A DNA stretch of 24,000 nt from Intestinimonas sp. HCP28S3_D6 (GTDB taxonomy: Bacteria; Bacillota; Clostridia; Oscillospirales; Oscillospiraceae). This document shows, in pieces, positions 1-7,836 of the stretch (position 1 is its first letter; every line of letters begins with the position of its first letter). The translations under genes were made by a program, and so were the position numbers. The stretch lies in NCBI RefSeq assembly GCF_052065695.1, contig NZ_JBQHTM010000008.1, forward strand, positions 1 through 24,000, written 5' to 3'. The notes under the pieces are model-generated. The model saw only the letters and a list, made by a program, of their open reading frames with translations. It did no database searches and was not told the DNA's origin.

Positions 1-446
1 GGTCAGTCCACCGCCAAGGGTGCGTGAGACAAAAAGAAGTCCCCGGCAGATACTGCCGAAGCAATATCTGCCGGGGGTTCAGACACCTGCAAAGTTACCC
101 CTGTCAGGGGGCACCAAACTATGTCCGGTCTTTTTTTGCCCGTTTTTCAATATAAAGCTCATCTTGGCCTTCTCGTTTCTGCCTATCAGCACCGCAAAAA
201 CGGACATGCCTGTGTCTGAGGTTCCGATCCCTAAAAATGGCATACTTGCTTTAGCACGTGGGAACCATCTGCGCAGGGTGTTTCCGGTTCCACGTGACTA
301 CCGATGACAATCAAATACTGTACCGATCACCGGAAGTGAGGTGCAGCCGAAATGGAGTAATCCTTCGGTATGCCCTCACGCCTGTGGTCTGGTTTTGCAT
401 GTCTGAAGCTCTCCATTTCGGCAAAAGCCGAAGGAGGGCTTTCATT

Positions 447-818
447 ATGCAAAACAATGACAATCAGAAGACCTATTTTATCTACGTTCGCAGCACCGGC
501 GAGAAGGTACCTGTCACCAAGGAACAGCACGACTCCTTCTATAAGGAAGCCGACCGTATTCGTCACAAAGAGCAGGATCACGGCAGGTGCATGTGTCCTT
601 ACCGCTTCATCTGGAAGTGCGACGGTGACTGTATCGGCTGTGAATACCATGCAGCAGGTGACATTACTTCTCTGGATCAGTCACTCCCTGATGGCAACGG
701 CACCCTCGGTGACTATATTCCTGACCGCAGTAGTCCATGTCAGCCCGACAGGCAAGAAACGCAGCTTCTCCTGCAATCACTGTTTTGCACAGATGGTTTT
801 CTGCGGAGACTGCGGTGA
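447..818 (+). pseudogene. Truncated element-type sigma/HTH-like regulator. Only the Cys-rich N-terminal part is recognisable.
   Basis: ATG at 447 follows AAGGAGGG (431-438). The translation MQNNDNQKTYFIYVRSTGEKVPVTKEQHDSFYKEADRIRHKEQDHGRCMCPYRFIWKCDGDCIGCEY looks like the N-termini of sigma-like regulators on clostridial integrative elements. No sigma region 2 or 4 follows. After about nt 740 this frame gives nonsense, while another frame becomes recombinase-like. Confidence 0.4.
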
Positions 819-1377
819 GCTTTACCGGCGCGTTCACTGGAATAACCACGGCTGCAAGTCCATCGTCTGGCGCTGCATCAGCCGATTGGAGCCGGGCTCC
901 GCAGACACAAACTGCACCAACCGGACGGTTAACGAGCTCCTGCTGCAGGAAGTCACGGTCACAGCCATCAATCAGATTCTGACAGAGCGCGGCACCTTCC
1001 TAAAACAGTTGCAGGCCAATATCGCCAAGGCCGTAGTCAGCGCCGATACCCTATCGCCGGATGGCATTCAAGCTCGGCTGGAAGAACTGCAAAAAGAGCT
1101 CATCAAGAAGGCAAACAACAAACAGGATTACGATGCCATCGCTGACGAAATCCTCAGACTCAGGGAACAGAAGGAACAGTCCGAGGTCGACAGCCACCAC
1201 CGGGAAGAAGCCATGAACCGGATCAAGGAACTGCAGGACTTTATCTTCAAGCAGAAAACAGACATCACAGAGTTCGACGAAGCTCTGGTAAAAAAGCTCA
1301 TCGAGAAGATCACCGTCTTTGCCGACCACTTCACTGTGGAATTCAAGTCCGGGATCACAATTGATATAGAGGCATAA
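793..1377 (+). pseudogene. C-terminal fragment of a large serine recombinase (second zinc-ribbon plus coiled-coil tail). The catalytic domain is absent.
   Basis: MVFCGDCGELYRRVHWNNHGCKSIVWRCISRLE...NCTNRTVNELLLQEVTVTAINQIL, followed by a long charged helical tail, is the typical C-terminal third of TndX/TnpX-type large serine recombinases. Nothing upstream in this frame resembles a resolvase domain (no YxRVS motif). Confidence 0.6.
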
Positions 1378-1381
1378 AAAG

Positions 1382-1418
1382 AGCAAGCATCACAGACTTA
1401 CTATCTGAGATGCTTGTT
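1382..1418. terminator. Hairpin between convergent genes, possibly a bidirectional terminator.
   Basis: AGCAAGCATC (1382-1391) pairs with GATGCTTGTT (1409-1418). This gives a 10-bp stem with one G.U pair and a 17-nt loop. It lies between the stop at 1377 (+) and the stop at 1423 (-). Confidence 0.4.
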
Positions 1419-1422
1419 TGCT

Positions 1423-2250
1423 TTACCTCCAACATGTTAAAGGTTTTATTTCAATTATTCGATCTGGAGAAATCTGAATACCGTTTTTCATCAGAAGAAT
1501 ATGCTCAAATGGCTCTCCAAAGGCGGTATCGTAAGCCATCGTTAAATACATCAATACTTTGTCCTTATCGCTCTGATCATCGTCCCCGTCAAAAACAATA
1601 TCGAAACCATTTACTTGAGCTACTATTTCATATGGGAAATGCGACTGCTCCCATTCCTCAGATAATTTTAATCTTAATAGGTTGTCAATATCCCATAGTA
1701 TTTCCGGGCGGCAATGAACCTGACCCCCATAAGGACTTCTTTCCCATACCGATAAAAATCCGCAAGTTGTAAAATCATAATAGAACTTTCTTCCAATCGA
1801 CCAACATAAATATTCCTGTGTACCTGTTCTGGGACAATTGCCAGCATTATAAGAAATATCAAAGGCTTTCCCTTTATATGTCAATAATGCGTCCTCTATA
1901 TTTATTATTATCCCGTGCCGATCTAAAAAAACTCTCAGTTCTGATTCGACACAAAGATATGCTTGCTTTAAATCTAAGATCCCATATTTCTTTATAGCTT
2001 CACACTCGTTTGCACTCGTGGTTACGTGAAAATACACAAAATTAAAATCAAGATATGTTCTCGGAAGATGTCCGAATCTTTTTATTACCTCTTCCACTAA
2101 ATCATCTGTATATCTGTATTCACTTTCATGCCCTACAAATTTTTCCCAAGTTGAAATGTCGACTCCGCTTAGTCCTACTAATGTTTTACAGGCATTTGCA
2201 GAAGATCGTATATCATAAGTATTAAACAAATACAAAACCTCCTCGGACAT
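1423..2250 (-). CDS. Hypothetical protein, 275 aa, with no family recognised (AT-rich orphan cargo gene).
   Basis: Long uninterrupted ORF in an AT-rich block with balanced, globular-looking composition. An alternative TTG start at 2229 lies 7 nt after GGAGG (2241-2237 on the minus strand). No catalytic motif recognised by eye. Confidence 0.65.
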   Translation of the reverse strand: MSEEVLYLFNTYDIRSSANACKTLVGLSGVDISTWEKFVGHESEYRYTDDLVEEVIKRFGHLPRTYLDFNFVYFHVTTSANECEAIKKYGILDLKQAYLCVESELRVFLDRHGIIINIEDALLTYKGKAFDISYNAGNCPRTGTQEYLCWSIGRKFYYDFTTCGFLSVWERSPYGGQVHCRPEILWDIDNLLRLKLSEEWEQSHFPYEIVAQVNGFDIVFDGDDDQSDKDKVLMYLTMAYDTAFGEPFEHILLMKNGIQISPDRIIEIKPLTCWR

Positions 2251-2330
2251 CTATCTCGAACACTCAACACCCCTGACATCTAATCCACAGCTTCAACTAT
2301 GTGACATCTAATCCGGCAACTCAACTCTCA
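2246..2330. repeat. Three imperfect tandem direct repeats (29, 28 and 28 bp).
   Basis: Units start at 2246, 2275 and 2303. They read GACATCTA-TCTCGAACACTCAACACCCCT, GACATCTAATCCACAGCTTCAACTATGT and GACATCTAATCCGGCAACTCAACTCTCA. They share GACATCTA(A)TC at the 5' end and a TCAAC block near the 3' end. Confidence 0.6.
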
Positions 2331-2360
2331 CACTTTTTGAGCCAAGCCACCATAGATAAG

Positions 2361-2390
2361 TTACCGCAGAACTATTACCGTCTCCACCTG
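2361..2390 (-). pseudogene. Orphaned native-type 3' terminus of rlmD (QVETVIVLR-stop), displaced by IME insertion.
   Basis: The minus strand reads CAG GTG GAG ACG GTA ATA GTT CTG CGG TAA. It matches the rlmD reading frame at the right junction (CAC GTG GAG ACA GTA ...) over the 15-nt repeat, then ends after 4 more codons. Confidence 0.55.
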
Positions 2391-2434
2391 CTCGAAGCTA
2401 CCTAAAGTCGAAAAGTGCCTGAAATCAAGGGCTT

Positions 2435-4126
2435 TCAAGCGCATTCCACTCCGACCTTTGACATCAATACTACCGTCTCGACTTGTGAATCATTGTCCAA
2501 ACTCAAGCTCATATCTTCTTCAATGATCGGGAGCTTAAATTTGATGGACTTGAGCCACTGTCCGTTGGGTTGACGTTCCTCGTATATCTGGATTTCGGAA
2601 ATCAGCGCTTCCATAATCTGCCGCTTTTCCTGCTCACTCATGACGGCGTATAGCTTATCAAAGTAAATCAGCACCTTGTAAATATTATCTCCGGTGAGCT
2701 TTTCCGCTTCGATTGCCATTTTCTTTGCTCTGGCAGTGATCAGCAGATTTTCCGTATCTTCGATCTTATCATACATCTTGTAAAGCCGATCATCAAGGTC
2801 AGCCTTGCGTTTGTAATAGTGTTTATCGTCTGGGTCAAGGGAATCAATTTCTTCCATCAGCTTTGATTTCACAGCATAATACTGCCGGAGCAGCTTTTCG
2901 TAATTGGCAATCTCCTGCTCAATGGCGACAGTGTCCACCTTCATGTTGATTTTTTCCTGCATCATGGCGGCGAACTTCGGATTGCTGACCAGCTTTACGA
3001 TAACCTCTGCTACTGCACTGTCCAACAGTTCCTCGTGAATCTGCTTTCGATAATCGCACTTGTGCCCACGAATCATAGTGCGGTGCTTGCAGCCATAATA
3101 GAAGAAATCCTTGTACTTTGTTCCATCCTGCTTATGCTTGATGCTCTTGTTACCATACATCCCGGCTCCGCAGATTGGGCATTTGACGATACCCGACAGA
3201 AGATGCACCTTGGTGTCCTTGCCGCGGTTCACATGTTCATACTTTTGAGCCTGTGCCAGCAGTTTCACCTGTGCTTCGTGCCAGAGTTCTTCCGACACGA
3301 TCCCCTCATGCTGGCCATCCACCAGCAGATAATCATCCTGCTCCACAAGCCGGTAATCGTTCCTGGTTCCATGCACCTTCTCCGTTCTGCGTCTGCCATA
3401 GGCGATTTTGCCGCAATAGACAGGATTTTTCAGTATTCTTCGGATCAGAGACGCATCGAACAGCGGATTTTTGCCGTTCTGCCGCTGGATTTTGTGAATA
3501 CCATGCTGGTCAAGATATTTGGCAAGACCATTTGCACCCATGTCGGTATGCACATACTGATCGAAGATCACACGGATTGCATCCGCTTCTTCCTCGTTGA
3601 TGAAAAGCTGGCCATTTTCCAGCTTGTAGCCGTAGGGCGCAAATCCGCCGTTCCATTTGCCCTCACGGGCCTTCTGGATTCTGCCCTCCATTGTCTGAAC
3701 ACGGATGTTTTCTCTCTCGATCTCCGCAACAGCTGACAGAACAGAGATCATCAGCTTTCCGGCATCCTTGGAAGAATCAATCCCATCCTCCACACAAATC
3801 AGATTGACGCCGAAATCCTGCATGACCTGCAAAGTGGACAATACGTCTGCCGCATTTCTGCCGAAGCGGGACAGCTTGAATACCAGCACGAAAGAGACAC
3901 CATCTTTCCCGGATTTTATATCCTCCATCATGCGGTTAAACTCGGCTCTGCCCTCAATGGATTTACCAGACTTACCGGCATCCTCATACTCACCGACTAT
4001 CTCATATTCATTGTACTCGGCAAAGGCTTTCATTCTGGATTTCTGGGCATCCAGAGAGTATCCGTCGATCTGCATGGCGGTGGATACTCTCGTATAGATA
4101 TATACTTTTGTCTTTTCTTTTTTCAT
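2435..4126 (-). CDS. Large serine recombinase (integrase of the IME).
   Basis: N-terminal resolvase domain with VYIYTRVSTAMQ (nucleophile Ser15) and LSRFGRN. Recombinase domain (GGFAPYGYKL). Zinc ribbon (CPICGAGMYG...YYGCKHR...HKC) and a coiled-coil C-terminus. 563 aa. Confidence 0.95.
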   Translation of the reverse strand: MKKEKTKVYIYTRVSTAMQIDGYSLDAQKSRMKAFAEYNEYEIVGEYEDAGKSGKSIEGRAEFNRMMEDIKSGKDGVSFVLVFKLSRFGRNAADVLSTLQVMQDFGVNLICVEDGIDSSKDAGKLMISVLSAVAEIERENIRVQTMEGRIQKAREGKWNGGFAPYGYKLENGQLFINEEEADAIRVIFDQYVHTDMGANGLAKYLDQHGIHKIQRQNGKNPLFDASLIRRILKNPVYCGKIAYGRRRTEKVHGTRNDYRLVEQDDYLLVDGQHEGIVSEELWHEAQVKLLAQAQKYEHVNRGKDTKVHLLSGIVKCPICGAGMYGNKSIKHKQDGTKYKDFFYYGCKHRTMIRGHKCDYRKQIHEELLDSAVAEVIVKLVSNPKFAAMMQEKINMKVDTVAIEQEIANYEKLLRQYYAVKSKLMEEIDSLDPDDKHYYKRKADLDDRLYKMYDKIEDTENLLITARAKKMAIEAEKLTGDNIYKVLIYFDKLYAVMSEQEKRQIMEALISEIQIYEERQPNGQWLKSIKFKLPIIEEDMSLSLDNDSQVETVVLMSKVGVECA

Positions 4127-4221
4127 CTCACAATCCTCATTCGTGCCACAGCTATGGCACCTTTATGTATCCTTACTCCGAAGCTCTTTCAGAGTAAGGT
4201 TTGGACACATTTCACACGATT

Positions 4222-4250
4222 ATTATATCATGCCGTTTTAGCTTTTTCAA
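4222..4250 (-). promoter_or_regulatory. Near-consensus sigma-70-type promoter upstream of the recombinase gene.
   Basis: On the minus strand: TTGAAA (4250-4245), a 17-nt spacer, then TATAAT (4227-4222). It lies about 95 nt upstream of the recombinase ATG (4126). The leader contains hairpins at 4143-4160 and 4171-4199. Confidence 0.5.
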
Positions 4251-4402
4251 TAGTGTCCTCTGGCTGTTCGGGAATATTCGCAGTTCCAGCAGTTTCTTCC
4301 CCAAAACAGTGCGGCGGCTCTGGAAGATTGTCAATGTCCAGAACCGCCGCATATTTTTCTATTAAGTTGGCAAGCAAATCGGCAAAGCCGCTCCACTCAT
4401 CC

Positions 4403-5392
4403 TTATTCCAATCCGCTATAATGGTTTACCTCCTGTTTTTTACTGCCACGCTGTGTGTACGCCCGGATAATCTCCGGAGGGATACGGTCAAGAATCCCTT
4501 TCACCCGTTCATAATCGCTTTGCAGCCTTGCCTCCTGCAACTTCTTGACGGTACTCTGCTGCTGACTCTTTTCCAGCGCTTCCGCTAAATCATCGTTTTT
4601 CTTTTTTAGCGCCTTTTTCTCGGATTCAGCCGTGGTAAAGCACTTCTGATATTTCTTCATCTGCGTTTCCATCGCCGCCACATCTGGGATATATTCCTCC
4701 AGAAATGCTGCGATTTGCGCTGTCCGCTCCTTGTAGTTGGTAAATTTCACATCGGAAAGCATTGCATCCAGCTTTTCCATCTGCTTTGTCAGACGGGTCA
4801 TCTGTTTGAACACTCTCGGCGGGATATGGTCACGGCCCGTCTCGCTGGCACTCTCACCACGCTCCAATACCGGATACTTCTTGACCATGTGTTCCCAGAA
4901 CTTGTCTTGCCACCATGTCAGCTTTTTCTTGTTGCCTACGATCTCCTTGGCGCTGAGCCGCTTGTCCTCTGTCAACGGGACAAAAGAAAGGTGCATATGG
5001 GGCGTTTTCTCGTCCATATGCACCACGGCGGATATAATGGTTTCGGGGGATTGGTTCTGTCGGATAAACTCCAACGCATCATTGAAGAATTCCTTGATCT
5101 CAGCCCGTTTCTTGCCCTTGAAAAATTCCGGACTTGCGGTGATCAGCGCTTCTACCACACGAACACTGTCAGAGCGAGTGCGGCATCCGGCTGCAGCAAT
5201 CTGCCGTTCGGACTCTGCCCGGTACTTTCTTTCCGGCTTAACAAGGTGGAAATTCAAATGACTGCGGCTGGTATCAATATCCGGATTGCTTGCGTACTCT
5301 TCTTTGGTACGCTCATTGTGGGCTTCAATGCGCCCGATCTCCGGCCCCTTATACTTGGCAAATCTCAAAATAGCAAACTGTCCCTTTTCCAT
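4403..5392 (-). CDS. MobV-family (Mob_Pre) relaxase.
   Basis: N-terminus FAILRFAKYKG...IEAHNER and metal motif VVHMDEKTPHMHLSFVPL are typical of Pre/MobV relaxases. The likely start is the ATG at 5392 (MEKGQFAIL); the ORF track extends it to 5416. Confidence 0.9.
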   Translation of the reverse strand: MEKGQFAILRFAKYKGPEIGRIEAHNERTKEEYASNPDIDTSRSHLNFHLVKPERKYRAESERQIAAAGCRTRSDSVRVVEALITASPEFFKGKKRAEIKEFFNDALEFIRQNQSPETIISAVVHMDEKTPHMHLSFVPLTEDKRLSAKEIVGNKKKLTWWQDKFWEHMVKKYPVLERGESASETGRDHIPPRVFKQMTRLTKQMEKLDAMLSDVKFTNYKERTAQIAAFLEEYIPDVAAMETQMKKYQKCFTTAESEKKALKKKNDDLAEALEKSQQQSTVKKLQEARLQSDYERVKGILDRIPPEIIRAYTQRGSKKQEVNHYSGLE

Positions 5393-5479
5393 TATTTTTC
5401 CCGACCTTTCTGCCATACGATGTCATACCGTGGTACGTTTGGTACGGGTGGTACATGTATTTCCGGGTCACTTTCGCTT

Positions 5480-6808
5480 TTATAGAAACGGTCTTTGCAA
5501 AAGCTCAATGCCGACAAAACCTCTGGCGAACTTCCCACCGCCGATATTGACCTTATTTGTGTATTCAAGGTGATAGTGGCTCTCATTCTGTTTGAGGAAG
5601 GAGCAGAAGCGCTTTTGCGAAAGGCTGCTCATGGCGTTATCGTCACACCACAGCTTGTAAACAGCATACAGGGCTTTGGAGCTGACTTCGTAATCTGCCT
5701 TGAAGCGGATATACCCTTCGGAACCTAAAAAATCGATGATGTTGTTGCCGTCCGATACCGCAGCCTCCATGTTGTCCTGCGCCGACTGACTGAGTGTAAA
5801 CCTGTAATCGTTGGCAATCAGGCGGTGCAGGCCCGTGAGTGCCCACAGGAAAATGCCCTCTGCTTCGGCGCACATCTTTTCCGCAATATACGGATCGTCT
5901 CTCCGATTCGGGTCTTTTTCTATGGTGGAAAGGATAATTTGTCTGCGGAAAAAACCCACGCTGTGGTCATTGAGAGATTGCAGGACGCCGTTGCCCAAGC
6001 CGATAAAGCGTACATACAAATCGCCCTGGTAGCTCTGCTGTCCCTTTTTCTCCAGATCCATCGGCAATTCTGCAGTGATGATTGCCTTGATATGATTGGT
6101 CTGGGGCAAGGCTTCCAGCTTCATATCATCGTCCAGCATCACAAGCTCATGTTCCAGATCAGCCCGGGCAAAAGGGCTTGTCTCCACCTTTGCGATACTG
6201 CCTGTGTTCATGTTGCTGCCCAGCAGCGCACGAAGGACAATGCCAATGCGGCTTTTGCCCTCGCCGCCCTTGCCGATCAGCAAAAGCATCTTCTGTCCTT
6301 TGGTGGAGGGAATAAAGCAGTATCCCATAAATTCCTGCAAGGTCAGGATGTCCTCCGGCTCCAAAAGCTGAGACAAAAAATGCAGCCATGTCACTGGCTG
6401 CGGAGCTTCTGGATTGTAGGAAACGGGCAGACGGTTCCGACAGAAATCCTTTTCCGGTCTGAATGTACCGTTCAGATAATAGGTGCCGTTCGCCACATGG
6501 ATGCGGTCTTGATACAGGGGCAACTTTTCGGTGCAGCACTCCATCCGCATGACATCCAACAGATTTGTGACCTTCTTTGCAATGCCACTGGTCACATAAT
6601 ACTTGATGCGGTCATAGATCACCTTTTTCAGGCGGTTTTCATCGTGTACTCTACCATTGACCGTGAAAAATGCTCCGTTTACCGTGACCATTGGATATTC
6701 CCGGAGAAATTCTTCGCAGAATATGGCTTCGTTGATTTTCTTACCGTCAAACCACGCCGGATTTTTACAGTGCGCGGTCTGCGTCATTTCATCGCTCATA
6801 GCGTACAT
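5480..6808 (-). CDS. D5/P4-family primase-associated NTPase (SF3 helicase-like).
   Basis: Walker A MLLLIGKGGEGKSR and Walker B LVMLDDD, with overall length and layout typical of phage/plasmid primase P4-family C-terminal domain proteins. Start at 6808 or 6799, overlapping the upstream gene stop (6789). Confidence 0.85.
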   Translation of the reverse strand: MYAMSDEMTQTAHCKNPAWFDGKKINEAIFCEEFLREYPMVTVNGAFFTVNGRVHDENRLKKVIYDRIKYYVTSGIAKKVTNLLDVMRMECCTEKLPLYQDRIHVANGTYYLNGTFRPEKDFCRNRLPVSYNPEAPQPVTWLHFLSQLLEPEDILTLQEFMGYCFIPSTKGQKMLLLIGKGGEGKSRIGIVLRALLGSNMNTGSIAKVETSPFARADLEHELVMLDDDMKLEALPQTNHIKAIITAELPMDLEKKGQQSYQGDLYVRFIGLGNGVLQSLNDHSVGFFRRQIILSTIEKDPNRRDDPYIAEKMCAEAEGIFLWALTGLHRLIANDYRFTLSQSAQDNMEAAVSDGNNIIDFLGSEGYIRFKADYEVSSKALYAVYKLWCDDNAMSSLSQKRFCSFLKQNESHYHLEYTNKVNIGGGKFARGFVGIELLQRPFL

Positions 6809-7397
6809 ACTCCTCTCTCTTTCTTGCGGTGTAGTCCTGGAGGGACGCAATCTTGCCATCTCTCATCAGCTCATCCACCACAGCAACACGTTCTTCCAAA
6901 TCGCCTACGACCAGAATGTCCGTCAGATATTCGATGCGATCAAGCATCTGGCAGGCTTCCACAAAACGGTCATCCAGATCATCGTCCGGCATTTTCGGGG
7001 CATACCAAACCTTCCAGTCTTCCAACAGATGCAGATAATCCGTCAGCACACGGAAGCAAAGCATTTCGTCCTCCCGGAACTGCCGGATGTGGGGATGTTT
7101 GGGTTTGCGGGGAACTGCCACCGCTTGTCCCTGTTCGGTACTGATACCGAAGTCCTCAGCCAACCTTAGCGCCGCTTCGTAGCTGCTCAGATCAAACAGT
7201 CTCGCCGCAAAGTCAATCACATCTCCCTTGGCTCCGCAGCCGAAACAAAAGAAATATTCCTCGTTCAGCTTCAAGCTCGGATGCCTGTCATTGTGGAACG
7301 GGCAGCAAGCCATGTCGTTGCGGTTGACTTTCAGCCCGTAGTGTTCGGCAGCTTGTCTTACGGGAACTGCCGCCTTGATGGTTTCAAATAGATTCAT
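6789..7397 (-). CDS. CHC2 zinc-finger primase-like protein.
   Basis: CCPFHNDRHPSLKLNEEYFFCFGCGAKGDVIDF is a canonical DnaG-type CHC2 zinc finger. ATG at 7397 lies 7 nt after GGAGG (7409-7405). Confidence 0.85.
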   Translation of the reverse strand: MNLFETIKAAVPVRQAAEHYGLKVNRNDMACCPFHNDRHPSLKLNEEYFFCFGCGAKGDVIDFAARLFDLSSYEAALRLAEDFGISTEQGQAVAVPRKPKHPHIRQFREDEMLCFRVLTDYLHLLEDWKVWYAPKMPDDDLDDRFVEACQMLDRIEYLTDILVVGDLEERVAVVDELMRDGKIASLQDYTARKREEYVRYER

Positions 7398-7565
7398 ATG
7401 CATACCTCCGTAATTAATTTGACAATTCTTGCTTGTCACCTGAATATACGGAGAAAACAGCTTTCAACCGAAAAATCCGGCACTTCTGCAAAAAAAGAAA
7501 TCGCCGCCCTGAATTTTTGCAAAAATGCAAAATACACAGGGTGGCGATTGTTCACAATATGCGCC

Positions 7566-7594
7566 TTGATATTATTCCGAAAATAGAATATAAT
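7566..7594 (+). promoter_or_regulatory. Consensus-like sigma-70-type promoter for the HTH-XRE-sigma module.
   Basis: TTGATA (7566-7571), a 17-nt spacer, then TATAAT (7589-7594), about 25-30 nt upstream of the first gene of the module. Confidence 0.55.
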
Positions 7595-7617
7595 ATTATC
7601 AGATTTAGCGAAAAGGG

Positions 7618-7833
7618 GTGTTGAGGGTGCGTTATTTATCAACTTTTGAGGTGGCGGAGAAATGGGGGATTTCTCCGCGTCGTGTAGGTGTTCTTTGTAG
7701 CCAAAACCGCATCCCCGGCGCACAGCAAGCAGGAAGCCGCTGGATTATCCCAGAAGATGCAGAGAAGCCCGCTGATGCCAGAATCAAAAGCGGCAAATAT
7801 ATCAAAGCAAAAAACAAGGAAAGGGGGACATAA
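7618..7833 (+). CDS. Small HTH DNA-binding protein (excisionase/MerR-like HTH_17 type).
   Basis: YLSTFEVAEKWGISPRRVGVLCSQNRIPGAQQAGSRWIIPEDA is the typical helix-turn-helix of small element-encoded DNA-binding proteins. The start is non-ATG (GTG 7618 or GTG 7627, after AAAGGGG). Confidence 0.7.
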   Translation: MLRVRYLSTFEVAEKWGISPRRVGVLCSQNRIPGAQQAGSRWIIPEDAEKPADARIKSGKYIKAKNKERGT

Positions 7834-7836
7834 CGA

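Larger units (their letters stand above)
1..2375. mobile_element. Remnant of a second (older, decayed) integrative element abutting the intact IME. Its left end lies outside the window.
   Basis: Composition is intermediate to AT-rich, unlike the GC-rich chromosome on the right. It contains only fragments of element-type genes (a sigma-like N-terminus and a serine recombinase C-terminus) plus an orphan AT-rich gene. A native-type rlmD 3' end at 2361-2390 marks its right edge. Confidence 0.45.

Noticed and set aside
255-296. CACGTGGG/CCACGTG motifs resembling the rlmD junction sequence (CCACGTGGG at 17470-17478), considered as a possible outer att site.
   Set aside because: Only an 8-mer is shared, which is expected by chance in 24 kb. 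The surrounding DNA is not GC-rich host sequence. The convincing repeat is at 2376-2390.
370-792. N-terminal 141 codons of the 335-aa track ORF (370..1377).
   Set aside because: Only the part from about 793 looks like recombinase. The upstream part overlaps the sigma-like frame and reads as nonsense, so it was split into two pseudogene fragments.
3035-5485. Plus-strand ORFs of 115-256 aa opposite the recombinase and mob genes.
   Set aside because: They are antisense shadows of well-supported minus-strand genes. No RBS or motif was seen.
5825-7144. 439-aa plus-strand ORF.
   Set aside because: It is antisense to the D5-like NTPase and CHC2 primase genes, with no motifs. The minus-strand genes carry Walker and zinc-finger signatures.
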